Shown piece by piece: positions 29,158 through 37,722 of a stretch of DNA of 42,340 nucleotides. The first letter of the stretch is position 1, and the number at the start of each line of letters is the position of its first letter. Origin of the DNA: Pseudohongiellaceae bacterium. GTDB lineage: Bacteria; Planctomycetota; B15-G4. The stretch is from the NCBI GenBank assembly GCA_047638635.1, contig JBLIMM010000003.1:1-42340 (forward strand). The letters are read 5' to 3'. Below the pieces are notes generated by a model, which searched no databases, was not told the DNA's origin, and worked only from the letters and a program-made list of their open reading frames with translations. The translations under genes were made by a program, and so were the position numbers.

Positions 29158-30264
29158 TTAGCGCTCGCGCTTGTAGAACGGCAATGCGTGCAATTTGATC
29201 GGGTGCCTCACGCCGCGGATCTCCATGGCTAGCTCGGCGGTCGGGCTGTCATGGGGAACGGTGACGTAGGCCGTGCCGATATTTGTGCCCATGGCGGGCG
29301 AAGGGGATCCAGAGCAGACCCGGCCCACCACGGTGTGGTCGACTGACACAAGGTCGTAGCCCTGGCGGGGGACACGCTTTGAGTCGGTGGTGAAGCCCAC
29401 CAACGTGCGCTCCGGGCCATCACCTAGCATCTGCTCGATGGCTGCGCGACCACTGAAATCTTTGGTGTGCTTGATCGGCTTGACGATGATCCCAGCCTCG
29501 ACCGGGTTGGTGGTGTCGTCGAGCTCATGGCCGTAGAGGGCCATGCCCGCTTCGAGGCGCAGGGTGTCCCGGGCGGCCAGGCCGATGGGCGTGACGCCGT
29601 GGGGCTTGCCGGATGCGAGCAAGGCTTCCCAGATGCGCGGGGCTTCGTTGGCGGGGAAGTACAGCTCGTAGCCATCTTCGCCGGTGTAGCCTGTGCGAGA
29701 GATCATTGCTGGCACGTCGCAGACGGTGCCTCGGTAGAATCCGTAGTACTTCAGCTCGCCCGGGTTCCCGCTGCAATGCGGGGTGACCGTATCGACCGAG
29801 CGAGGGCCCTGGACGGCGATCATGGCCAGCTCTTCGGATTGATCTTCGAGGGTGCAGCCGAAGCGGTCGGCCACGGTTTGCATCCACTCGAGGTCCCGCT
29901 CGCGGTTGCCGGCGTTGATGCAGAAGAAGATCTCGTCTACGTCGCGGTAGACCAACACGTCGTCCATCGTGGTGCCGTCTTCGCGGGCGAAGAACGAGTA
30001 GCGAATGGCGCCGAGCTTCATCTTCTCGATGTTGATGTGCACCAGGTACTGAGCGGCTTCATGGCGCTTCTCGCCCACGAGCCGAGCCCGTCCCATGTGG
30101 CACAGATCGAAGAGGCCTGCCTGGGTACGCACACGCTTCACTTCGTCGAGGATGCCGTCGTATTGCACGGGCATGGCATAGCCTGCGAAGTCGACCAAGC
30201 GGGCGTTGGCGGCCCGGTGGGATTCAGTGAGCGGAGTGTCGCGAAGTTTGGTGGGTGTGGCCAT
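29158..30264 (-). CDS. gcvT: Glycine cleavage system aminomethyltransferase T
   Basis: TPL...H, FAGYAMPVQY, GLFDLCHMG, AVQGP, SRTGYTGEDGYE, GLAARDTLRLEAG..LYG. Confidence 0.95.
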   Translation of the reverse strand: MATPTKLRDTPLTESHRAANARLVDFAGYAMPVQYDGILDEVKRVRTQAGLFDLCHMGRARLVGEKRHEAAQYLVHINIEKMKLGAIRYSFFAREDGTTMDDVLVYRDVDEIFFCINAGNRERDLEWMQTVADRFGCTLEDQSEELAMIAVQGPRSVDTVTPHCSGNPGELKYYGFYRGTVCDVPAMISRTGYTGEDGYELYFPANEAPRIWEALLASGKPHGVTPIGLAARDTLRLEAGMALYGHELDDTTNPVEAGIIVKPIKHTKDFSGRAAIEQMLGDGPERTLVGFTTDSKRVPRQGYDLVSVDHTVVGRVCSGSPSPAMGTNIGTAYVTVPHDSPTAELAMEIRGVRHPIKLHALPFYKRER

Positions 30265-30420
30265 GGCTCCGATGCTCCCGAGGGGGCTTTGTGGAGGGAA
30301 TGCGTGAGCCGTGGATTATCGCTGAAACGTCCCGCTGAGACCAGAGCCCGGGAGTGCGGGGAGAGACCGGAGCGAGCGATCGGCGAACTCGGGGCGAGCG
30401 GGGACGAGCCCCAGCTCAGC

Positions 30421-30948
30421 TCAGGCCTCGAACAACTGATCTGCGGCGGCATCCCAGTCGACATCTGCGCCTTCGCCGGGCTGGATGGTGGGCTGGTCTC
30501 GGTGCCGGGCCAGCTCAGACTTGGAGGAGAAGTCGCCCATGACCGAGCGGGGGTGCTTTGGAGCGCGGCTGGCGGGCTCTGCGGCACTGGTGCGCAGGGA
30601 CGTGGCTTCGATCACGATGCGGAAGCGCAGCCTGGGCGCCTTGCCAGCAGGGAGCTCGCGCAATCCCGAGATGAAGTCTTCGGGGTAGCCCTCGAGGGCG
30701 TAGCGGGCTGGATCTGCCAGGCGGGCACGGCTGAAGCATTCTGCGGCCCGGCCGTGATCCCGCTCTCTGAAGGCGATTTTGCCTAGGAGCAAGAATGCCG
30801 CGAAGGACTCATGCCCCTGAGAGACCGCTTCGTCGAGGTGCCTCCCCGCTTCGTCGAGCTTGCCAATGCGATAGGCACGACGCCCGCTCCACACGTGGTA
30901 GCGAGCGCGCAGTCCGGAGACAAGCCGTCGGATAGAGAGGGAGGACAT
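30421..30948 (-). CDS. Small TPR-like repeat protein
   Basis: Helical repeat GRRAYRIG.LDEA..HL..A / AFLLLGKIAFRE.D...AAECF.RA...DP, then an acidic DVDWD tail. Same strand as gcv. Confidence 0.65.
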   Translation of the reverse strand: MSSLSIRRLVSGLRARYHVWSGRRAYRIGKLDEAGRHLDEAVSQGHESFAAFLLLGKIAFRERDHGRAAECFSRARLADPARYALEGYPEDFISGLRELPAGKAPRLRFRIVIEATSLRTSAAEPASRAPKHPRSVMGDFSSKSELARHRDQPTIQPGEGADVDWDAAADQLFEA

Positions 30949-31160
30949 CGGTGGGCGGCCTCGTTGAGAGGTCGGTCGGGGCTGATCGAGAAGGCCAAGC
31001 CTAACACGGGATTTAGTAGCAGGCTGTTGGGGTCGCTGCTCGGCTTTGGCAGGGCGAGCGGGCTCACCGTGCCATGGCGTTGGAAGACTGACGTTCTTCG
31101 GGGCTCTAATGTGCTTGGAATGTGTATTTATTTAGCCTTTTACTGGGTCGTGAGTTCGAC

Positions 31161-34100
31161 CTAGTCGTTGCCCTCCTCCAGGCTCACGGTGACTTCGCTG
31201 CCACCGGCTTTGAGGCGAACTGTGTCCGTGAAGACCGACTTGCCGTCCTCAAAGACCGCTACGGAGTAGTTGCCCGTGGGAAGGCGCCCCAGACGCCGGC
31301 GATTGGGCTGGGTGTTCGATCCGCTCATTAGGGTAGAGATGGACGTGAGCTGGGTAGGCACGGCCCCTTGAGGACCAGCGAGCTGGATCGTGAGCTGACG
31401 ACCCAGGAAGGGGCCCAGTTCGGCGAAGATTTCGACGCCCCGTTCGATGTGGACGTCGCGCTCATCCACCTCGCCTTGGCGCACGCTGAGATCGTCGAGG
31501 AGGGTCAGGGCCCAGTTGTCTCCACCAAAAGCCAAGGTCCAGGAGCCCGACTCGAGGCTGTTCACGGTGTAGTGCCCGCCGGCATCACTGGTCACTTCTG
31601 AGAGGGTACTGAGCCAGCGTCCGGTGGTGTTGTTGCGAGCCCAAATCGGCACGTCGGCCACGGGTTTGCCTTCCGGACCCAGGACGATGCCGCTCACGGC
31701 GCCGCCCTCGTCCAGCTCGATCACCTGCTTGAAGCCCTCGCTGCCCTCGCGCACGGCAATGTCTGAGACCCTGGTGATGGCCCAACCTTTCTTGCCCATA
31801 CCCATCATGTTCGTGCCACCAGCCTGCAGCGTGTAGGTCCCGGCGGGGAGGTGCTCGAAGCTGAATATGCCGTCCTTGTCCGAGTAAGCCTCGCCCACTC
31901 GGCCACCCATGCTCTCGATGAAGCGGCTGCGCGGGCGGCCGTCGTCGCTGCGTTCCAGGAGGACGCGAATACCGCTGAGGCGCTCACCGGTTTGGGAACG
32001 GGTCTCGCCCCGGAGGACTGCACCAGGAATATCGATGTCGTGTTGGCGCCGGGCTTCGTCCCCGATGGTCACGGTCGAGAAGGTGGGCGTAGAAGGCTGG
32101 CTGCCACCGCCCACGGTGGTTCCCGAGGGGATGACCTGGACAAGGTAGTCCCCAGGTTTGATGCCCTTGATGGAGTAGTGCCCATTCTCGTCGGTGCCTG
32201 AGAACTTGGTCCCCGGAGGGCCGTCTTCTCGAACGACGACGACCATGGCGTCTTCTTCAGGGCCGCCGCTGCTCATGACGACGCCTTCGAGGAGGCAGCC
32301 CGTCTCATGGGGTGCGCCCAGGTCGACTTTCTGCACCGCATCTAGCTCGAGTTCGACCGTTTCGATGGTGAGATCGTTGACCATGTTGGCCGGATTGTCA
32401 GAGCCGAGGCTCAAGGAGAAGTCCAAGCGGATGACGTTGAAAGTGCCGGCGTTGAGACCGGAGACCACGTAGGTACCGTCGTTCTCGGTTTTGGTTCGTT
32501 TCATCTGCTTGCCCAGAACGTCGGAGACCATCACGGGCACGCCGCTTTCGGGCCGGGCGTCCGGGCCATAGACCGTGCCGTGAATGGTGCCCCCGGGTGG
32601 CAAGGTCACCAGCCCGATGTCGTAGGTCTGACCAGGGCGCAAGGCCAGGTTGGGGATGACCACCTCGCGGTGATCTTGGTCTTGAATGGTCAAGGTCACT
32701 GGGTCATCACCCAGACCGCCCAACTCAAAGAGACCGTCGCCAAGAGTGGTCGTCTCTTGAACGGGTCCGGAGAACATCTGTTTCCAGGCGTTCATGGCGT
32801 CGGTCTTGCCTGTGGTCACTTTCGCTCCGGGGATGCCTTGGCCCGTTCTCCCTGACACCACTTGACCGGTCACCGAGGACTCTTCGGAAACCATGATGAT
32901 CACTCCGCTGGCTCCGCTGCCTTCTGTGACCTCAACGGTGGGCAAGAGAGTTTGGGCGTAACCGTCTGCCATGAGCATCAAGCTAAACAGGCCGGGGGTG
33001 ACGTCCTCCATGGTGAAGCGGCCTTCGTCGTCGGAGACTTCCAAGGGCGCGGGGAGGCTGCTGAGTTTATCGCCGATTTCCATCATGGCCGACATGTCCA
33101 TGCTCGCCTCAGCGGGGAGCAGTCGCAGCTGGTAGTCAGTGAGCGGATCGCCGCTTGAGAGGTCGATGGCAATACCGGTGATGGCTCTCTTGGGCTTGAT
33201 CGTGATGACGAAGTCACTGGCTCCGGCGGCCACGTCGAGAGAGTTGCTCACGTAGCCTGATGCACTGGCTTCTACGCGTATCTCGCCTTCTTCGTAGCCC
33301 CAGAGGGTGAAGTGCCCTTGGTCATCGACGTCTTCTTTGGCTCTGAGGCCCTTGTCCTTCATGGAGCGCATGCTGAACATGGCGGGGGGCAGGAATCCCT
33401 TGACCATTGCGCCGTTCACGGGTTCTCCGTCGGTCCCTAGCACCCGGCCGGCCACGGACAGCCCCCGGTCGGCGACCAAGATCACTTCAGAGACCACCTG
33501 GCCAGGGAGAACTTCGATCGTCTCGGTGGCTGTGGGACGGAAGCCTCCCTTGTACAGGGCCAGTCGATAGCCACCGTTCTTGAGAGATGTGAACGCGAAT
33601 CGCCCTGCGTCGTCTGTACTCACGATTCTGTCTGGGCTGGTTTCCCCTTGAGAGCCCATGTCGCTGATTGAGATGGACGTGGCTTGGATCTGCACCCTGG
33701 TCTGAGCCACGGGCTGCTCTTTGTCGTCGAGCACGAGACCTTCGATGGTGCCCCCTCGAAGGACCACAAGGATCTCTTCGGCGACTTGGCCAGGGGAGAG
33801 CCCGGCCACCTGTCGGTCCGTAGATTGGTAACCAAGGTCTGCGGAAGTCTTCAGAATGAGTGGGACGTTGCTAGGGGCTGGGGCGATCTCGAAGCGGCCA
33901 TCTTGGTCGCTGGTCACCGGGTCGACTGTGGCGAAGAGGCTGGTGCCTTCGAGAATCGCGTAGGGGTCGACTTTCGATCCCCCGGTGATGGTGACCCCTT
34001 GCACGGGTTGGCCCTCCGCGTCCTGGATGGTCCCGCGAAGGATGGCGCCCCGGGTAGCCTCGACCACGAACTCGGCGCCTTCAGCATCTTCGTTACTGGG

Positions 34101-34730
34101 GATCTCGTAGAGCTGCGAGGTGGCCTGATACCACTGAGGGTGCTCCAGCTCCAGCCAGGCCGCGCTATCCAGCGGGAAGTCGGGCATCTCGAAGCGGCCG
34201 TCCTTTTGGACGGGCACCCGGGTGCGAGTGCCGAGAGATGAGTCTTCGATGGAGAGGAAGTCTGCGCGGGGCTCCTCGTCGCGAATCATGCTGATGTTCA
34301 AAGTGTCCACGTGGGGTTTCGGCTTCCAAAGGGACGCCTTGATGGTCATGTCGCTGGGCATGTCTCCCGGGCCGAGGAGGACCACCCGGCCTTGGATTGT
34401 GGTGCGCGGGTAATCCAGGGTGAGTTCGTCTGACAGGGCGTCGGAGAGCTGAGCCAAGCTGCTGTTGAGCCCATCGCTCTCGAGGGATGGGTCCACGGCG
34501 AGGTCTTCGGCGGCTCCAGCAAGCAAGCCTGGGACCGCTGCGCCTGCCCCGTTTGAGCTCGATGCGGCCACCACTGCGCTCGCTCCGCCAGCCTCGCTGG
34601 CAGAGTCGCTGGAGATCCAGCCGTAGGTCAAGGCGATGCCGATCACCGTGATGACCAAGATCGCGACGAGCAGCGAAACGGCGCTGGAGCCTTGGGGCTG
34701 CCGTGGGGGCTGGTGGGTCTGGTCTCTCAC
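31161..34730 (-). CDS. Large membrane-anchored protein with many carboxypeptidase-regulatory-like beta-sandwich repeats
   Basis: N-terminal TM helix, then roughly ten repeats of G.I.G.V.D..G.PV.G..V...TD..G.F....L..G.Y.L. GTG 34730 chosen (GAGAG upstream). Confidence 0.8.
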   Translation of the reverse strand: MRDQTHQPPRQPQGSSAVSLLVAILVITVIGIALTYGWISSDSASEAGGASAVVAASSSNGAGAAVPGLLAGAAEDLAVDPSLESDGLNSSLAQLSDALSDELTLDYPRTTIQGRVVLLGPGDMPSDMTIKASLWKPKPHVDTLNISMIRDEEPRADFLSIEDSSLGTRTRVPVQKDGRFEMPDFPLDSAAWLELEHPQWYQATSQLYEIPSNEDAEGAEFVVEATRGAILRGTIQDAEGQPVQGVTITGGSKVDPYAILEGTSLFATVDPVTSDQDGRFEIAPAPSNVPLILKTSADLGYQSTDRQVAGLSPGQVAEEILVVLRGGTIEGLVLDDKEQPVAQTRVQIQATSISISDMGSQGETSPDRIVSTDDAGRFAFTSLKNGGYRLALYKGGFRPTATETIEVLPGQVVSEVILVADRGLSVAGRVLGTDGEPVNGAMVKGFLPPAMFSMRSMKDKGLRAKEDVDDQGHFTLWGYEEGEIRVEASASGYVSNSLDVAAGASDFVITIKPKRAITGIAIDLSSGDPLTDYQLRLLPAEASMDMSAMMEIGDKLSSLPAPLEVSDDEGRFTMEDVTPGLFSLMLMADGYAQTLLPTVEVTEGSGASGVIIMVSEESSVTGQVVSGRTGQGIPGAKVTTGKTDAMNAWKQMFSGPVQETTTLGDGLFELGGLGDDPVTLTIQDQDHREVVIPNLALRPGQTYDIGLVTLPPGGTIHGTVYGPDARPESGVPVMVSDVLGKQMKRTKTENDGTYVVSGLNAGTFNVIRLDFSLSLGSDNPANMVNDLTIETVELELDAVQKVDLGAPHETGCLLEGVVMSSGGPEEDAMVVVVREDGPPGTKFSGTDENGHYSIKGIKPGDYLVQVIPSGTTVGGGSQPSTPTFSTVTIGDEARRQHDIDIPGAVLRGETRSQTGERLSGIRVLLERSDDGRPRSRFIESMGGRVGEAYSDKDGIFSFEHLPAGTYTLQAGGTNMMGMGKKGWAITRVSDIAVREGSEGFKQVIELDEGGAVSGIVLGPEGKPVADVPIWARNNTTGRWLSTLSEVTSDAGGHYTVNSLESGSWTLAFGGDNWALTLLDDLSVRQGEVDERDVHIERGVEIFAELGPFLGRQLTIQLAGPQGAVPTQLTSISTLMSGSNTQPNRRRLGRLPTGNYSVAVFEDGKSVFTDTVRLKAGGSEVTVSLEEGND

Positions 34731-34925
34731 GGTTGTCTCTCGCTGGGGTCGCTGGTTCGACCGGCACACTCTGGGGGTGTCTCTCCCAGTAATGGGAGGC
34801 GTCTCTGATCGGGGTGCTGGCCGGCGGAGCTATTGTCTGCCTCACAGTGTGTGTCAGGCATGTCAGAAGAGTGGCCGGATTGTCGTGGCCGATCCCGCCA
34901 CCCCGGATCGGCCAAAAGCACTACA

Positions 34926-34955
34926 GTTGGAGATTCGCCCGTTGGAACCTCGCCC
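34926..34955. repeat. Imperfect 15-bp direct repeat GTTGGAnnnTCGCCC x2 abutting the ATG at 34956
   Basis: GTTGGAGATTCGCCC (34926-40) and GTTGGAACCTCGCCC (34941-55), in a divergent intergenic region. Confidence 0.6.
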
Positions 34956-37706
34956 ATGACTGCTCGGACCCCTTTGGTTGCCCTGCTCTTCATCGTCGCC
35001 CTGCTCGGGGCGGTGGTGCTGATCCTCGATGAGCCAGCTGGGCGGGCACAGAACGGCCCGGCGGCCGTGCAGGTCTCTGAGGCAGGCGTGGAGCCGCAGG
35101 GCAGTGTGGCGCCGAGGGGGGGCTCCGCTAGCGTCGACGGGCCTACGGTCCAGCGGCTGGCCACAGAGACACTGCAGTTTGCGGACTGGGCCCAGCCCCC
35201 CTTGCCACTCTTGGCAACGGGCAGGGTCACTGGCCGTCTGGTCGATGTGCGCGGCCAAGCGATCGCGGGAGAGCCGGTCGAACTGCTGGTGCCCGACGAC
35301 CCCTGGAGGGTGCTGCTGCGCGACGACGAGAAGGTCGAGCTGGTAGACCGCGGTGTTTCCGACGAGGCGGGCCGTTTTGATCTTGCGGCCCGGGCCGGGG
35401 CGCGCCAGCACTTACGTGGGGGCGGGCTGCGCTGGGCCCGAACCGGCGGCGTGGTCGTGTCCGCAGGTGACGATGTTGAACTCGAGTTGGCCGAAGGCCT
35501 GGCCCTGACGGGTTACGTGTTAGAGCAAGAGAGCGGCCTGCCTGTCCCCGGGGCCTGGGTCGGTTCGTTCTCCGGGACGGACAAGCTGCTCACCCGCGCC
35601 GACCAACGGGGCTTCTTCTCGCTCACGCCCCTGCCTGACGAAGGGGTGTTGATCGGTGCGTTTCTTGAAGGCTACGACATTGGTTATCACGAATCGGTTG
35701 TCCCTGGCTGGGGCCCGCTGACCATCGAACTTCCGCCCGGTCGCCCGGTCCATGGCAGGGTCATTGACCGTCAGAGTGATCAGGGCGTGCCAGGCGCTGC
35801 GGTTGCGCTGGAGCTGAAAAGCGCTGCGCGCGAAGTGGGTAAGCCAGACCCCTTCACTGGACAGCGAACCATCGTCGAATGGACAGCGGTGACGGGGGTC
35901 GATGGGCGCTTCTCCCTCGAAGGCTGTCCGTCGGGGCAGTTTCGCATCTCGGTGACCGCTGACGGCTACGTGCCGGGGGGCTCAGACCGCTATGCGGACA
36001 GAGTGCTCGGCCCGGATCAACAGGTCACCGTGGCGCTGAATCCGGCGGCATTGATCACGGGACAGGTTGTTGTGGAAGGCGGGGCTGCTGCGGTCGGCGC
36101 CCAAGTGGTCCTGCTCAGCACGTCGGGGCCCGTGGCCGAATCTGCAGCAGATGACCAGGGCAGCTTCCTACTCGATCTGTCCACTTGGGATGGCAAGGGC
36201 GCGTTGGTGATCTCTGCCCGGGATGCCGCAGGTCGCAGGGCGAGCCATCGGTTGCGCAAGCGGACGCGCCCCGTGGAGCTGTCGCTGGTGGAGCCGTTGG
36301 TGCTCGGCGTGATGGTCTCGGGGGCCACTGGCCCGCAGGCTGGTGCGCAGGTGGTGATCACGTCAGACGAGGCCGAGCCGACCTTAGGAACCACTGACGC
36401 CGGTGGGCGCGTGCACCTGGTGCATCCGTTGGCGGGGCTCGACATTCGCAGGGCCACGGTGCAAGCGCGCTACGGTGCCGCTGAGTCTCTGCCCCAGACG
36501 ATTATCTTATCGGAGCCTCGCCCCAGTGACCCGCTGATCCTCGATCTCACCGAGGGGGATTGGTTCACCGGTGTTGTGCAGGACATCTACGGCACGCCGA
36601 TTTCCCAGGCCACCGTGACAGTGGGCCATGGTGGTTTTGGGCGCGCCGACAGCTCGGGGTATTTCTCTGTGGGGCCCGTGATCTACGATCCGGCCAAGAC
36701 AGTGGGGCTGCGCGCAGAGGCCCCCGGTTATCACAGGGCGAAGTTGGCGGAGGTCACGCCACAGCAGTCGCTGGTGATCACCCTCGAGCCGGTCGTGTTG
36801 TGGAAGGGGAAGGTCAGCGATGCTGTGACAGGCGAACCTCTCGATGTGTTCCGAGGTCGTGTCTTCGTCGAGAAGTTCGAAGACGGGAAGTCGGTTTGGA
36901 AGCCCGGGGAGCGGGCAGAGGTCACCGGGGTCCCTGGGGAGTTCGCCATTGAGTTGGGCGAGGCTGGCACATTGAAGCTGCAGTTGCGCGCGCCGGAGTA
37001 CATGACCGGCGAGTCACAGCCCGTGCCGTTCGACGGTGTGAACTCGCCCCCTTGGACAGATCTGTTCCTCAATCGTGCAGCCCTACTCGATGTGTTTGTC
37101 AGTGACTCTGCGGGCCGCCCCGTGTCGGGTTACTCGCTTTCGGTGGTCCCAGAGGCACGGGCGCAGAAGAGTGCCTTGCCAGGAGGAAGCGTGCGCAAGA
37201 AGTCGAAGTCGTCCCGCACGGAGCGCGACGGCAAAGTGCGTTTCAATCTGGGAGAGGGCGGCAGCTATCGCCTCGCTTCGGGCCCAGGTGAATGGCTCGA
37301 CGAGAGAGCCTTTACCGTGCGCCCCGGTCCGCCCACCGAACGTTTCATGAACGTTGGCGGGACAGGCTCTGTGTCGGTGGTGGTGCTTGGCGAAGACGGT
37401 GAGATCATGACCCGTCCCAAGGCGTCTGTGCGGTCACTGGGTGCTGATCACAAACACTCAGTAAAGCGTCGCCTTGGCCAGCTGGTCGACGGCGACGAGC
37501 TGGTGGCTAGCGGCCTTCCCGAAGGGCGTTATGAACTCGAAGTACACCAGCGGGGCTACGTCACAGTCAGCCGCGAGATCTGGATCTCTGTCGGTGGCGT
37601 GAGTCGCGAAAGCGTTGAACTTGAACTGGAGCCGCCGCTGGAAGCCGGCCAGCTCAATCAGCAAATGATTGAGCAGCTCAAGGCCCTGGGATACATAGGC
37701 GGCTGA
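34956..37706 (+). CDS. Large exported/membrane-anchored carboxypeptidase-regulatory-like repeat protein with C-terminal LxxLGY motif
   Basis: N-terminal hydrophobic helix. Repeats such as VTGRLVDVRGQAIAG, GRVIDRQSDQGVPGA, GVVQDIYGTPISQA. Ends EQLKALGYIGG. Confidence 0.8.
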   Translation: MTARTPLVALLFIVALLGAVVLILDEPAGRAQNGPAAVQVSEAGVEPQGSVAPRGGSASVDGPTVQRLATETLQFADWAQPPLPLLATGRVTGRLVDVRGQAIAGEPVELLVPDDPWRVLLRDDEKVELVDRGVSDEAGRFDLAARAGARQHLRGGGLRWARTGGVVVSAGDDVELELAEGLALTGYVLEQESGLPVPGAWVGSFSGTDKLLTRADQRGFFSLTPLPDEGVLIGAFLEGYDIGYHESVVPGWGPLTIELPPGRPVHGRVIDRQSDQGVPGAAVALELKSAAREVGKPDPFTGQRTIVEWTAVTGVDGRFSLEGCPSGQFRISVTADGYVPGGSDRYADRVLGPDQQVTVALNPAALITGQVVVEGGAAAVGAQVVLLSTSGPVAESAADDQGSFLLDLSTWDGKGALVISARDAAGRRASHRLRKRTRPVELSLVEPLVLGVMVSGATGPQAGAQVVITSDEAEPTLGTTDAGGRVHLVHPLAGLDIRRATVQARYGAAESLPQTIILSEPRPSDPLILDLTEGDWFTGVVQDIYGTPISQATVTVGHGGFGRADSSGYFSVGPVIYDPAKTVGLRAEAPGYHRAKLAEVTPQQSLVITLEPVVLWKGKVSDAVTGEPLDVFRGRVFVEKFEDGKSVWKPGERAEVTGVPGEFAIELGEAGTLKLQLRAPEYMTGESQPVPFDGVNSPPWTDLFLNRAALLDVFVSDSAGRPVSGYSLSVVPEARAQKSALPGGSVRKKSKSSRTERDGKVRFNLGEGGSYRLASGPGEWLDERAFTVRPGPPTERFMNVGGTGSVSVVVLGEDGEIMTRPKASVRSLGADHKHSVKRRLGQLVDGDELVASGLPEGRYELEVHQRGYVTVSREIWISVGGVSRESVELELEPPLEAGQLNQQMIEQLKALGYIGG

Positions 37707-37722
37707 GCTGCGAGGGCAGGCC

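Noticed and set aside
30265-30420. Glycine riboswitch upstream of gcvT
   Set aside because: The minus strand lacks the GGAGA...CCGAAG...CUCUCAGG core. The GGAGAGACC-like string is on the wrong strand.
31100-31145. AT-rich patch as a sign of foreign DNA
   Set aside because: It is only ~40 nt in an intergenic region with no mobility genes. It is more likely a promoter or UP element, but no boxes could be assigned.
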